From the IMG/VR virus record IMGVR_UViG_3300026189_000002, positions 49,063 to 113,062 of that record: a stretch of 64,000 nt of DNA. One strand, written 5' to 3'. The translations under genes were made by a program, and so were the position numbers. The notes under the pieces are model-generated. The model saw nothing but the letters and a program-made list of their open reading frames with translations, was not told the DNA's origin and searched no databases. Shown here piece after piece: positions 29,480 to 40,234 of this stretch. The first letter of the stretch is position 1. Every line of letters begins with the position of its first letter. Origin of the DNA: a virus.

Positions 29480-30271
29480 ATGGCAATTGATTTAGACGCA
29501 ATTCGTAGAAAGCTAAACCAGCTTTCAGGTCAAAATACAAAAAAGAACACTATGTGGCGGCCAGTAGAAGGAGAAGAGCATACTGTTAGAATTCTTTCGT
29601 TTCCTGATAACGACGGACAACCTTTTAAGGAAAGGTGGTTTTACTATAACATTGGTAACAACCCCGGTCTTTTGGCTCCATATCAGTTTGGTAAGGATGA
29701 TCCAATTCAAGAGCTAATAAATAAATTAAGAGATGATGGATCAAAAGAGTCTTACGAGCTAGCTAAAAAGCTTTATCCTAAAATGAGGTGTTATGCACCA
29801 GTTGTTGTTAGGGGTGAAGAAGACAAGGGAGTAATGCTCTGGTCTTTCGGTAAAATGGTATACCAGTCTTTATTAAACATTATGCTAGACGAAGACTACG
29901 GAGATATCACGGATCCTATCGATGGCCGTGACGTTAAGGTTATCTGTACAAAGGCGCCAGGAAGAATGTGGGCTTCTACAGAAGTAAGGCCACGAGGCAA
30001 GGCTTCAAAGCTTGCGAATTCTTCAAAAGAGGTATCTACTATGATGGAAAGCATACCTTCTTTAGACGAGCTTTTTACTCTTAAGTCTTACGAGGAGTTA
30101 GAAAAAATAGTAAACGACTGGCTGAATGGAGATTCAGAAGAGTCTACTTCCGAAGGGACTTTTAGAGGAGGGAATACTTCTAGCTCAAGTACAACCACTA
30201 CCGGTAGTTCAAACGAAACAACTAAGTACAAGTCTCTAGATGACGCTTTTGCAGACCTAGAAGATCTATAG
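29480..30271 (+). CDS. Single-stranded DNA-binding protein (T4 gp32-like)
   Basis: GGAGG SD before ATG 29480; 'W.P..G...VRIL', 'PVVVRGEEDKGV.LW.FGK.VY..LL', 'DYGDITDP..GRD', acidic C-tail 'LDDAFADLEDL'. Confidence 0.88.
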   Translation: MAIDLDAIRRKLNQLSGQNTKKNTMWRPVEGEEHTVRILSFPDNDGQPFKERWFYYNIGNNPGLLAPYQFGKDDPIQELINKLRDDGSKESYELAKKLYPKMRCYAPVVVRGEEDKGVMLWSFGKMVYQSLLNIMLDEDYGDITDPIDGRDVKVICTKAPGRMWASTEVRPRGKASKLANSSKEVSTMMESIPSLDELFTLKSYEELEKIVNDWLNGDSEESTSEGTFRGGNTSSSSTTTTGSSNETTKYKSLDDAFADLEDL

Positions 30272-30285
30272 GGTAGGAATTTAAA

Positions 30286-31473
30286 TTGGCTAAAAAATCA
30301 AATAAAGCGCAGGATTTTACAGACGATCTGATAAAATCTTTAAACAAAGAACACGGTGCAAAAATAGCTTACAACTTAGCTCATGACGATTCTCCTACGC
30401 ACGTAAATAGGTGGATTAGTACTGGTTCTAAGCTTTTAGATTATACAGTCTCTAATCGGCCTGATGGTGGGCTTCCGGAGGGTCGAATTGTCGAAATTTT
30501 CGGCCCTCCGTCTATAGGTAAATCTCATATAGCAATACAGATAGCCAAGTCGACTCAAGACTCTGGGGGTATCGTAGTATACATTGATACAGAAAACGCG
30601 ACCAGCGTTGAAAACCTGTCTTTATTGGGCGTAGATATTAGCAAGAGGTTTGTTTATGTTGATACTCACTGCACAGAAGAAGTTTTATCGATAGCAGAGG
30701 CTACTATTTTAAGAGCTAAAGCTATGAACAAAGACGTTCCTATTACTATAATTTGGGACTCTGTTGCAGCTACATCCCCTAAAGCTGAACTGATAGGTGA
30801 TTATGATAAAGACAGCATTGGCCTTCAGGCTCGAGCTATATCTAAGGGAATGAGAAAAATAACCGGAGTTATAGCTAATCAAAATGTTTTGATGGTTTGC
30901 TTAAATCAAATAAGAACAAAAATAGGCGTAATGTTTGGAGATCCTACAACAACTCCAGGAGGAAAAGCTATACCTTTTCACTCTTCGGTTAGGATAAAAT
31001 TAGGCGCTGGTCAACCTATATTAGACAAAAACAAAGAAGTTATAGGAATAAACGTATCTGCTAAGACTATAAAAAATAAAGTTTCGCCACCGTTTAGAAC
31101 TGTTAATTTTGAAATACACTTCGGAGTGGGCATAAAAGAACATGAACAAGTTTTTGATGTTTTAAGAAAACACGGCCCAGAAAATTTAGAAGGAAGAACC
31201 GTTGCAATAACAGGAACCGGTGCTTGGAAGTCTCTTATAGTAAATGACTCTAATACCGGAGAAGTAATTGTGGAAAAAAAGTTTTATAAGTCAGATTTTG
31301 ATGAAATATTAAAAAATCCAGAGTTTGCTCCTTATTGCGATTTTCTACTTCAGAAAGCAATGATTAAAACTATGTCCGATAACTCCAACGTAGACATAGA
31401 TGTAGAGTCCTACGAAGAAGTAAAAAGTATATCGATGGAAATGTCTGATGAACTAATAGATCCGGAGGAATAA
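30286..31473 (+). CDS. recA: RecA/UvsX recombinase
   Basis: 'ISTGS..LD', 'GGLPEGRIVEIFGPPSIGKS', 'YIDTE', 'WDSVAA', 'LNQIR.KIGVMFGDP.TTPGGKA'. Confidence 0.95.
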   Translation: MAKKSNKAQDFTDDLIKSLNKEHGAKIAYNLAHDDSPTHVNRWISTGSKLLDYTVSNRPDGGLPEGRIVEIFGPPSIGKSHIAIQIAKSTQDSGGIVVYIDTENATSVENLSLLGVDISKRFVYVDTHCTEEVLSIAEATILRAKAMNKDVPITIIWDSVAATSPKAELIGDYDKDSIGLQARAISKGMRKITGVIANQNVLMVCLNQIRTKIGVMFGDPTTTPGGKAIPFHSSVRIKLGAGQPILDKNKEVIGINVSAKTIKNKVSPPFRTVNFEIHFGVGIKEHEQVFDVLRKHGPENLEGRTVAITGTGAWKSLIVNDSNTGEVIVEKKFYKSDFDEILKNPEFAPYCDFLLQKAMIKTMSDNSNVDIDVESYEEVKSISMEMSDELIDPEE

Positions 31474-32429
31474 TGAAAAGGCCTGTTCTTCTAATAGATG
31501 GCCTAAATTTATTCATGAGGCACTTTGTCGTTAATCCTACAATAGATGACTCCGGAAATCACGTTGGCGGAGTTGTTGGCTTTTTAAAATCTTTAGGTTA
31601 CCTAGTAACAAGAGTTAATCCTTCTAGAGTAATAATAGCTTGGGAAGGAGGAGGCTCAGCTAGAAGAAGAGCTATATACAAAGACTACAAAAACAATAGA
31701 AGGCCTCAAAAGTTAAATCGTTATTATGGCGATCAAATACCAGATACGGTTGAAAATAGAAACAGCCAAATATCAAAAATAGTATCGATACTGAGGTCTG
31801 TTCCTGTTGATCAAATATATATTGACGATTGTGAAGCAGACGATATAATAGGATACATTGTAAAAAATAAAATACAGGAAAGGTCTGTTATAGCCTCTTC
31901 TGATAAAGATTTATATCAGCTTCTTTCAAAAAAAACTATACAGTGGTCTCCTGGTCAAAAAAAGTTTATAACTAAAAAAGACCTAATAGACAAATTCGGA
32001 ATATCCGCAACCAACTTTTGTACAGCTAGGTCTTTTATAGGAGATTCTTCAGACGGCGTCGATGGAGTAAAACTAGCGGGTTTTAGATCTTTGTCAAAAA
32101 GATTCCCAGAGCTATCCGAAGATGCTTTTTTTAGCGTTCAAGATGTTTTTGATAGTTGTAAAAAAATAGAAGATAAGAAAAAGCTAAAATTGCACAACAA
32201 CATAATAGAATCGATTGACTTAGCTAAAAGAAACTGGAAGCTAATGTATTTAGATATAACCAATTTGTCTGCAGAGCAAATTAAAAAAATAGATTTTTGT
32301 TTAGAAAATAAATGTAAATCCGCAAACAAAATGCAACTATTAAAATCAATATCGAAATTGGGAATAAAAAATTTCGATATTGATTCTTTTTACTCAAATA
32401 TGATTATTGTTAGGAAAAATAATGTCTGA
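31473..32429 (+). CDS. 5'-3' exonuclease / flap endonuclease (PolI N-terminal / T4 RNase H-like)
   Basis: 'LLIDGLN', 'YK.NR', 'EADDIIG', 'SSDKDLYQL', 'GDSSDGVDGV'. Confidence 0.9.
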   Translation: MKRPVLLIDGLNLFMRHFVVNPTIDDSGNHVGGVVGFLKSLGYLVTRVNPSRVIIAWEGGGSARRRAIYKDYKNNRRPQKLNRYYGDQIPDTVENRNSQISKIVSILRSVPVDQIYIDDCEADDIIGYIVKNKIQERSVIASSDKDLYQLLSKKTIQWSPGQKKFITKKDLIDKFGISATNFCTARSFIGDSSDGVDGVKLAGFRSLSKRFPELSEDAFFSVQDVFDSCKKIEDKKKLKLHNNIIESIDLAKRNWKLMYLDITNLSAEQIKKIDFCLENKCKSANKMQLLKSISKLGIKNFDIDSFYSNMIIVRKNNV

Positions 32430-33831
32430 AGATTTTTTGCCAGCTCGATCAAGCAATCCGCATTTTGGACAATACGGAAAATCTTTTCAAGAAAAAATAT
32501 TTCAATCTCTTATTTCAGATAGAGAATGGGCTGCACAAATGGTTGAGGTTATGGATCCAAACTTTTTTGATGTATCATACCTAGAATACTTAAGTGACAA
32601 GTTTTTTTCTTACTATAGAAAATATAAATGTTTTCCAACTCTAGGATTGCTTGTAACGATTATAAAAGATTCTCTTTCGGAAAGAGACGATACTATATTA
32701 AGAGATCAGATCGTACAGTTTTTACACAGAATAAAATCTAGCCCAGATGTTAGTGATCTTGCTTTTGTTAAGGATAAGTCTTTAGATTTTTGCAGAAAGC
32801 AAGCATTCAAAGATGCTCTAGAGCAGGCAGTAGACTTGATACAAACAGAGAAATTTGAACACGTATTAACTCTTATGAGGCACGCTGTTTCTGTAGGATT
32901 ACCTAGCAGCACTGGACACGACTTTTTTGAAGATGCTGAAGCAAGATTTGTAAAAATAAATAGGCAGGTATGCCCAACTGGTCTTCCTAGGCTAGATGCA
33001 AAAGATGTGCTTCAGGGAGGTCTAGGTCGAGGCGAAATAGGCGTAGTTACTGCAAACACTGGCGTAGGAAAGTCACATTGGCTTGTAGCTATGGGTGCTA
33101 ACGCAATGAGAAACGGTAAAAATGTTTTACACTATACGTTTGAATTAACGGAGCACGCCGTAGGACTTAGGTATGATTCGAATCTTTGCAATATACCTTC
33201 TAATGAAGTGCAAGATAGAAAATCTAAAGTTATGAAGCATTATGAAGATTCGGATTACGGAAGATTAGTAATTAAAGAATATCCTACAGGCTCAGCTACG
33301 GTTATAACGATTAGAAACCACGTAGAAAAACTAATGCTTAAAGGATTTAGGCCCTCTGTTATTATAATCGATTATGCAGATATTATGAGGTCTACTAGAA
33401 GTTATGACTCTTTAAGGCATGAACTAAAGCTAATTTACGAAGAATTAAGAAATCTAGCTATGGACTTAAACATACCGATTTGGACAGCTTCTCAAGCAAA
33501 CAGGGATTCTGCAAATTCTGATATTGTAGGACTAGAAAATATGTCTGAAGCCTATGGAAAAGCTATGGTAGCAGATTTAGTAATATCGATATCTAGAAAA
33601 GCAACAGAAAAATCTACAGGATCAGGAAGATTGTTTGTAGCAAAAAATAGAGCAGGAAGAGACGGAATACTTTTTCCTATTCACATTGACACTTCCAGAA
33701 GTACTTTTGAAATATTAGATGAAAATTCGCTAACTCTAGAAGAAGCAGTAAATCAAAACCAAAATGATATGAAGATGCTGCTTAAGAAGAAGTGGAAACA
33801 GGTGGAGGCTGAAAATGGAAAAGCAGGTTAG
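32422..33831 (+). CDS. dnaB: Replicative DNA helicase (DnaB / T4 gp41-like)
   Basis: Walker A 'ANTGVGKS', 'IKEYPT', 'IIIDYAD', 'WTASQANR', 'KNRAG'. Confidence 0.92.
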   Translation: MSEDFLPARSSNPHFGQYGKSFQEKIFQSLISDREWAAQMVEVMDPNFFDVSYLEYLSDKFFSYYRKYKCFPTLGLLVTIIKDSLSERDDTILRDQIVQFLHRIKSSPDVSDLAFVKDKSLDFCRKQAFKDALEQAVDLIQTEKFEHVLTLMRHAVSVGLPSSTGHDFFEDAEARFVKINRQVCPTGLPRLDAKDVLQGGLGRGEIGVVTANTGVGKSHWLVAMGANAMRNGKNVLHYTFELTEHAVGLRYDSNLCNIPSNEVQDRKSKVMKHYEDSDYGRLVIKEYPTGSATVITIRNHVEKLMLKGFRPSVIIIDYADIMRSTRSYDSLRHELKLIYEELRNLAMDLNIPIWTASQANRDSANSDIVGLENMSEAYGKAMVADLVISISRKATEKSTGSGRLFVAKNRAGRDGILFPIHIDTSRSTFEILDENSLTLEEAVNQNQNDMKMLLKKKWKQVEAENGKAG

Positions 33832-34303
33832 TTTTAGATTTACTTCTGATTGTTTAGATGAATTAGTTTCTAGCAATCAAAGCCCAAGAGAAGTTGCAGA
33901 TCAAATAATAGGCGTTGGCCACATAGATCTTTTTAATATGTCTGAAGACACGACAATCTTAGGAAGAACAAAGTATGTAGCTTTCGGAGAAGAAAACTGC
34001 AGCACTATTAAAACCGGAATTAAATTAGCTTTGCCCGAAGATGTAATTGGAATACTTTCGGGAACTGAAGAGCTAAATAATACCGGAGTGATAGTAAGGC
34101 AAAATATATTTTTTCACGGAAATACAAACGAGGTTTTAGTTAGTTTTTTAAACTTAGGTGAAAAAGACGTTGTTTTAAAGAAAGGGTTTAGGGTTCCTGC
34201 AAAAATTATTTTTGTTTCTTCGGCTAAGTCTATAGACGTCGTTAGCGATTTAGAATACTTAGATAAGACAGCCGTCGATCAACAAAATTCGGAGAATCAA
34301 TGA
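33815..34303 (+). CDS. Degenerate trimeric dUTPase-fold protein
   Basis: 'HIDL', '[11 protein letters not shown]', '[24 protein letters not shown]' retained; RSG, GVIDxDY and RGxxGFGS motifs absent. Confidence 0.55.
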   Translation: MEKQVSFRFTSDCLDELVSSNQSPREVADQIIGVGHIDLFNMSEDTTILGRTKYVAFGEENCSTIKTGIKLALPEDVIGILSGTEELNNTGVIVRQNIFFHGNTNEVLVSFLNLGEKDVVLKKGFRVPAKIIFVSSAKSIDVVSDLEYLDKTAVDQQNSENQ

Positions 34304-35265
34304 ACGAACCAATTCTGCTAGAAAATAAAAATAGATTTGTAATTTACCCAATAAAACATGACGATATATGGTCTTCTTTTAAAAAACAAGAAGCTAGTTT
34401 TTGGACAGCCGAAGAAATAGACTTAAATCAAGATCTTGTCGATTGGAAAAAATTAAGTAATGACGAAAAACATTTTATAAAGCATGTACTAGCATTTTTT
34501 GCCGCTAGCGATGGCATAGTAAATGAAAACCTATGTTTTAGGTTTATAAACGAGGTCCAGTACCCTGAAGCTAGAGCAGCTTATACTTTTCAAGCAGCAA
34601 TGGAAACTATACACAGCGAAACTTACAGCTTACTTATAGACACTTATGTTGAAAACGAAGAAGAAAAGCTCAGCCTTTTACACGCTATAGAAAATCTCCC
34701 GTCAGTATCTAGAAAAGCAGACTGGGCCATGAAGTGGATAGACAGTGATACAAGCTTTGCTCATAGATTAGTGGCTTTTGCAGCAGTAGAAGGAATATTT
34801 TTCAGTGGTTCTTTTTGCGCTATATTCTGGCTAAAGCATAGAGGGCTAGGTATGCCTGGCTTGACTTTTTCAAACGAATTAATTAGTAGAGATGAAGCTA
34901 TGCATACAGATTTTGCAATTATGCTATATAGGCGCCATCTTCAGAATAAATTAGACGAAGAAGAGGTTAGACAGATTATTTCTGAAGCAGTATCCATAGA
35001 AAAAGAGTTTGTATGCGAGTCTTTGCCGGTTTCTTTAATAGGCATGAATTCTGAATCAATGTCTTCTTACATAGAGTTTGTAGCAGATAGGCTTTTGACA
35101 GACTTAGGATATTCTAAGCTTTATAATACTAAAAATCCATTTCAGTGGATGGAAATGTTGGCGTTAGAAGGAAAAACTAATTTTTTTGAAAGAAAAGTTT
35201 CGGAATATGCAAAGGCCGGCGTAGTATCAGGAAATAATGACCTTACTTGGGATGAAGAATTCTAA
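34300..35265 (+). CDS. nrdB: Ribonucleotide reductase class Ia beta subunit
   Basis: 'FWTAEEIDL', '[12 protein letters not shown]', 'ETIHSETYS', '[10 protein letters not shown]', 'SRDEAMH', 'KTNFFE'. Confidence 0.97.
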   Translation: MNEPILLENKNRFVIYPIKHDDIWSSFKKQEASFWTAEEIDLNQDLVDWKKLSNDEKHFIKHVLAFFAASDGIVNENLCFRFINEVQYPEARAAYTFQAAMETIHSETYSLLIDTYVENEEEKLSLLHAIENLPSVSRKADWAMKWIDSDTSFAHRLVAFAAVEGIFFSGSFCAIFWLKHRGLGMPGLTFSNELISRDEAMHTDFAIMLYRRHLQNKLDEEEVRQIISEAVSIEKEFVCESLPVSLIGMNSESMSSYIEFVADRLLTDLGYSKLYNTKNPFQWMEMLALEGKTNFFERKVSEYAKAGVVSGNNDLTWDEEF

Positions 35266-37619
35266 TGCACCAATACGTTATTAAGAGCAGTGGCGAAAAA
35301 GAAACGATAAAATTTGATAAAATAACTAGAAGAATAAGAAATCAGTGCAAAGGCTTAAACAGCAATTTTGTAAGCCCTTTAAATGTAACTAGGAAAGTTG
35401 CTGAATCTGTTATTGATGGAATAACAACAGAACAAATAGATTACATGATTTCTCAAGAGTGCGCAAGAATGGTCACGATACACCCCGACTATTCTTTGCT
35501 AGGAGCTAGAGTTTTAATAACTAGATGGCAAAAGTCTATACCTCTTAGTTTCTCTGAAAATATCGGTATACTATATGATTATATAGATCCAACTACCGGA
35601 AAGCATGCTCCTTTAGTTAGTTCTGAAATACAAGAATTAGTTTCAAAACCTTCTTTCGCTAGAAAAATAGATCGATCTATTATACACGACAGAGACTATA
35701 ATCTAGACTACTTTGGCTTGATGACTTTACAAAGAGGTTATTTAAAATCTCACAACGGGCAAATATTAGAGACCCCTCAGTTTATGTGGATGAGAGTTGC
35801 TCTAGGTATTCATGGAGAAGATATAGTTAGTGCGATAAGGTGTTATGAGAGTATGTCTCAAGGATACTATACTCATGCAACCCCAACCTTGTTTAATGCA
35901 GGAACATCTAGACAACAAATGTCGTCTTGCTTTTTGCAAGCTATGAAAAACGACTCTATAAAAGGGATATTCGAAACTTTCTTAGAAATGGCAGAAATAT
36001 CAAAGCACGCCGGCGGAATTGGTGTTCACATACACGATATAAGGGCAAAGGGTTCTTACATAGCAGGGACTGGAGGAACTAGCAACGGAATAGTTCCCAT
36101 GTTAAAAGTAATGAACGAAGAAGCTAGGTATGTAGATCAAGGCGGCGGGAAAAGAAAAGGGTCTTTTGCTGTTTATCTAGAGCCTTGGCATGCAGATATA
36201 GAGGATTTCTTGGAATTAAAGAAAAACCACGGAAAAGAAGAGTTGAGAGCAAGAGATCTTTTTTATGCCCTTTGGATACCAGACCTTTTTATGAAATCTG
36301 TAAAAGAAGATGGCGACTGGCATTTAATGTGCCCAAAAGAATGCCCAGGCCTTTCAGAAGTTTGGGGAGACGATTTTGAAAATCTGTATAATTCTTACGT
36401 AGAAAAAAACAAATTTAGGGAAAAATTAAAAGCTAGAGAACTTTGGGTAAAAATTATAAAAGCTCAAATAGAAACTGGAACTCCTTACATATTATACAAA
36501 GACTCTTGTAATAAGAAGTCTAATCAAAAAAACCTAGGGACTATAAAATCCAGCAATCTTTGCACAGAGATAATTCAGTACTCTAAGGATGGGGAGACTG
36601 CTGTATGTAATTTAGCGTCTATAGCAGTTAACAAGTTTATATCTGGAAAAAATGTAGACTATGATAAAATAGCTTCTGCATCTTACGAAATAACTGAAAA
36701 TCTAAATAAGATTATAGACAGAAACTATTATCCTACAGAACCAGCCGAAGTTTCTAATATGCTACACAGGCCTATCGGTATCGGAATACAAGGGCTAGCA
36801 GACCTTTTTGCTGCTCTTAAGCTGGATTTTGATTCTGAAAAATCTAGAGAAATAAACAAGAGAATATTTTCTTCTATATACTACGGAGCCCTTAAGGCTT
36901 CTTGTGATTTAGCTAAAAACTCTGAGCCTTATAGTTCTTTTGAAGGCAGCCCAGCGAGTGAAGGCATTTTGCAATTTGATTTATGGGGAATAGATCCGGA
37001 CGAAAATTACAACTGGAAATCTTTAAAAAACAGAATTAAAAAGCACGGTTTAAAAAACTCGCTGCTAATAGCTCCCATGCCGACAGCTTCTACTAGCCAA
37101 ATATTAGGAAACAACGAGTGCTTCGAGCCGTTTACTTCCAACATTTACGTTAGAAGAGTTTTATCCGGCGAGTTTATAATGGTAAACAAGCATTTAGTTA
37201 GAGACCTAATAGAAATTGGCATGTGGTCAGAAAATATAAAAGATGATATAATCAGGGGAAATGGGTCTATACAGCATATCAATTACATACCTGAAGAAAT
37301 AAAATCTAGATACAGAACGGTTTGGGAGATGTCTATGAAATCAATTATAGAAATGGCCGCAGATAGAGCTCCATACATTTGTCAATCCCAGTCTATGAAC
37401 TTATTTTTAGCAGAGCCCAACGTTGGAAAAGTTAACTCTATGCATTTTTACGCTTGGGAAAACGGCTTAAAAACAGGCATGTACTACTTGAGATCCAAAC
37501 CAGCTAGTCAGTCAAAGAAAATTACGATAGAAGAAAACAGCAACACTCAAGCAGAAGATCAGGAAGGCTTGATGTGTTCATTAGAAAACCCAGAATCCTG
37601 TGAAATGTGTAGTGGATAA
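35265..37619 (+). CDS. nrdA: Ribonucleotide reductase class Ia alpha subunit with ATP cone
   Basis: 'THATPTLFNAG', 'SSCFL', 'SNLCTEI', 'AVCNLAS', 'APMPTAST', 'KTGMYY', C-terminal 'CEMCSG'. Confidence 0.97.
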   Translation: MHQYVIKSSGEKETIKFDKITRRIRNQCKGLNSNFVSPLNVTRKVAESVIDGITTEQIDYMISQECARMVTIHPDYSLLGARVLITRWQKSIPLSFSENIGILYDYIDPTTGKHAPLVSSEIQELVSKPSFARKIDRSIIHDRDYNLDYFGLMTLQRGYLKSHNGQILETPQFMWMRVALGIHGEDIVSAIRCYESMSQGYYTHATPTLFNAGTSRQQMSSCFLQAMKNDSIKGIFETFLEMAEISKHAGGIGVHIHDIRAKGSYIAGTGGTSNGIVPMLKVMNEEARYVDQGGGKRKGSFAVYLEPWHADIEDFLELKKNHGKEELRARDLFYALWIPDLFMKSVKEDGDWHLMCPKECPGLSEVWGDDFENLYNSYVEKNKFREKLKARELWVKIIKAQIETGTPYILYKDSCNKKSNQKNLGTIKSSNLCTEIIQYSKDGETAVCNLASIAVNKFISGKNVDYDKIASASYEITENLNKIIDRNYYPTEPAEVSNMLHRPIGIGIQGLADLFAALKLDFDSEKSREINKRIFSSIYYGALKASCDLAKNSEPYSSFEGSPASEGILQFDLWGIDPDENYNWKSLKNRIKKHGLKNSLLIAPMPTASTSQILGNNECFEPFTSNIYVRRVLSGEFIMVNKHLVRDLIEIGMWSENIKDDIIRGNGSIQHINYIPEEIKSRYRTVWEMSMKSIIEMAADRAPYICQSQSMNLFLAEPNVGKVNSMHFYAWENGLKTGMYYLRSKPASQSKKITIEENSNTQAEDQEGLMCSLENPESCEMCSG

Positions 37620-38221
37620 TGAAGTACGTATCTAAAATATCGCCATTAATAAAAGAAGTAGAGCTAAGAAAAAACCCTATAATGATAAGGGTTAATAAGT
37701 TTGATGAAGATTCTGCAAGAAAATTCTCTGCTGAAATAGCTGCTGCTCACAATACGGGTCAAAAAATAATACCAATTGTTATTGACTCTTACGGCGGCCA
37801 AGTTTATAGCCTAATGTCTATGATTGGAGCAATACAAAATTCAGAACTTCCTATAGCCACAATAGTAGAAGGAAAAGCGATGTCGTGCGGCGCTGTACTT
37901 TTTTCTTTTGGTGAAGAAGGAAGAAGATTTATGGATAAAAATGCAACGATTATGATACACGATGTTTCTTCTATGGATTTTGGAAAAGTAGAAGAACTAA
38001 AAGCAGGCGCAAAAGAGGCAGACAGATTAAATAAAATAATATATAAAATGATGGCTCAAAACTGTGGTCATGATGATGACTACTTTATGGAAATAGTCGA
38101 CAAGAAAAAGCATGCAGATTGGTTTATTGACGCTAAAGAAGCATCCAAGCACAACTTGGCCAACCACATAAGAATTCCCACTATTGATATTGACATATCG
38201 GTTAAGATTAGGCTAAAATGA
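37619..38221 (+). CDS. clpP: ClpP-family serine protease
   Basis: 'IDSYGG.V', 'GKAMSCG' (Ser), 'MIHDVS' (His), 'DWFI.A.EA' (Asp). Confidence 0.85.
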   Translation: MKYVSKISPLIKEVELRKNPIMIRVNKFDEDSARKFSAEIAAAHNTGQKIIPIVIDSYGGQVYSLMSMIGAIQNSELPIATIVEGKAMSCGAVLFSFGEEGRRFMDKNATIMIHDVSSMDFGKVEELKAGAKEADRLNKIIYKMMAQNCGHDDDYFMEIVDKKKHADWFIDAKEASKHNLANHIRIPTIDIDISVKIRLK

Positions 38222-38937
38222 AAATTGATCTGTATGATGACGGAATAGGCTCTCTGGATTACGTTCAACACGTTGGTTCCGATCTAACAATAGTAAATTC
38301 CGCTAGAGTATCTTTTGGAAAAGAAAAAGAGGAAATAGACGAAAAGGATAAAAAGCTAATAAGCTACCTTATTAAGCATAAGCATACTTCTACTCTAGAG
38401 CACAATATAATTACTTTTAGGTGCAAAGTTCCATTGTTTGTTAGGTCTCAGCATCACAGGCATAGAACTTGGTCTTACAATGAAATAAGCAGAAGGTATA
38501 CTAGTATAGACATGCAGTTCTATGAGCCTAAAAGTTTCAGAACTCAGCACAAGTCAAATAGGCAATCAAGTAACGACGAATTAATTAATCCTGATATAAA
38601 CGATTTTAATAATAGGCCATTACCTGTTTCTGCATATTATGCAAATCAGGCAGTCAAGGATCACAATACCAGAAGTTTAGGATTATATAATAAGCTTCTG
38701 GAAAAGGGTATTTGTAGAGAGCAAGCCAGGGGAGTTTTGCCACAAAGTCTTTATACTGAGTATTATGCAACTTGCAATCTTAATAATCTATTAAAGTTTG
38801 TTTCTCTTAGAACGCATGAAGGAGCGCAATGGGAAATAAGGCAGTTGGCTTTAGCCATGTTAAAAGTTGCCAAAGACTTGTGGCCGATCACTATAGAATC
38901 TTATGAGAGTGTAAACGATGTCAAATTATCCGGTTAG
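38218..38937 (+). CDS. thyX: Flavin-dependent thymidylate synthase ThyX
   Basis: 'ARVS', 'HTSTLEH', 'RHRTWSYNEISRRY', 'REQARGVLP', 'AQWEIR'. Confidence 0.96.
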   Translation: MKIDLYDDGIGSLDYVQHVGSDLTIVNSARVSFGKEKEEIDEKDKKLISYLIKHKHTSTLEHNIITFRCKVPLFVRSQHHRHRTWSYNEISRRYTSIDMQFYEPKSFRTQHKSNRQSSNDELINPDINDFNNRPLPVSAYYANQAVKDHNTRSLGLYNKLLEKGICREQARGVLPQSLYTEYYATCNLNNLLKFVSLRTHEGAQWEIRQLALAMLKVAKDLWPITIESYESVNDVKLSG

Positions 38938-39718
38938 AGGCTACGTTAAAGATGAAAAGTCTTTTCACACATACAGAGACTGGAGTTCCGCAGTTGATTT
39001 TTTGTTATCTTCTCAAAATCTAGGAATTGATACTCGTGGAGGAAATTTGTCTTGCAAGCTAAAAGATTGTGATGAAAAAGAGCTTCAGACAACCGAAGAG
39101 GTAATAGACTATTTTTTTGGTCATATAAAGCAAGATATAGATAGATACGATTTACTAAGCGAAAAATCATATTTTGACTTCATAGAAGATTTTATAAATC
39201 ACAAATTTTGGGCATTAGAAAAAAACTACTCGTCTTATTTTAAAGATTTTAAAACGTGCAGGCTTTCTTTTTTATATAGCAGAGGCGACATAGAACCCTA
39301 CGTTTTAATAGATGATAACTTTACTAACCAAATTTACGGAAGCCTTTTTAATCCAATCGAAGTTATCCACTATACAACCCAGGATGGATTACAAAATATA
39401 AAAAAATCAATCGATAGTGGTCTGCAATTTGACATAAGCACTATGACTATAAAGTCTAGAGACTTTTTTGATAGTAAATCAAACGTAGAAGTCAGGCTTT
39501 TAGGAAACGCTAAGGCCATCTTTAGAAGTGACGTAAAGTCATTTGCTGTTTCAAATGGTAATAGAGCAGCGAATTTATTAAGGTTTGAATATCCGGGAAA
39601 AAATATTACCAACCTATGCTATAATGCTTTGGGCTGCGAATCCGAATTAAAAACGGGTATATGGAACGAGATAATAGCAACTCCAATAAAAATTTTAGAT
39701 TTTAAGCTTATAAATTAG
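38918..39718 (+). CDS. Hypothetical protein, possible ADP-ribosyltransferase-like fold in C-terminal half
   Basis: 'VIHYTT..GL.NI', 'ISTMT', 'WNEII' are spaced like the H/S/E strands of ART folds; weak. Confidence 0.35.
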   Translation: MSNYPVRGYVKDEKSFHTYRDWSSAVDFLLSSQNLGIDTRGGNLSCKLKDCDEKELQTTEEVIDYFFGHIKQDIDRYDLLSEKSYFDFIEDFINHKFWALEKNYSSYFKDFKTCRLSFLYSRGDIEPYVLIDDNFTNQIYGSLFNPIEVIHYTTQDGLQNIKKSIDSGLQFDISTMTIKSRDFFDSKSNVEVRLLGNAKAIFRSDVKSFAVSNGNRAANLLRFEYPGKNITNLCYNALGCESELKTGIWNEIIATPIKILDFKLIN

Positions 39719-39770
39719 TTCACCACTCTTATAATTTTTATGACATTAAAAGTCTTAAGAAAGGATAAAC

Positions 39771-39992
39771 ATGAACTATAAAATGTCTGATTTTAGTATC
39801 TCTCAAATTGTTAGATTAATTCAAATGGGTATATTGACAGGTACAGATGTATCTGATCAACTAAGAACATTCGAGCTTTGCGTAAACAGCGAAGGTAATT
39901 TAGACCCATCCCCAGAGTTTATTGATAATTTTCAAAACAATATTACTAAGTTAGAGAAGCAAGCTCTTGAAGCACAGGCAGAAACAGAATAA
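39771..39992 (+). CDS. Small hypothetical protein
   Basis: AAGGA SD, 73 aa. Confidence 0.6.
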   Translation: MNYKMSDFSISQIVRLIQMGILTGTDVSDQLRTFELCVNSEGNLDPSPEFIDNFQNNITKLEKQALEAQAETE

Positions 39993-40182
39993 TCTATTGT
40001 CAAAAATAGTAAAGGTTAATGCTAACTCTAGTGGTTTCATAATGGAGGCAAATAGTCCTTCTTATATAAACAATAGATTTTCTAGCTATCACCTTTGCGT
40101 AGACCATTTCCACGAAGAAATAGGCATACTGTTATCCAGCGGAGACATAGCTTATTTTAATTTAGAAAACATATCTTTTTAA
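39967..40182 (+). CDS. Possible small hypothetical protein
   Basis: Fills the gap before dnaE; TTG start, no clear SD. Confidence 0.3.
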   Translation: MKHRQKQNNLLSKIVKVNANSSGFIMEANSPSYINNRFSSYHLCVDHFHEEIGILLSSGDIAYFNLENISF

Positions 40183-40234
40183 GTGCAGATCTTTTAATAT
40201 CGTGTTAAAATTATATTAACAGATTAGGAGTAAC

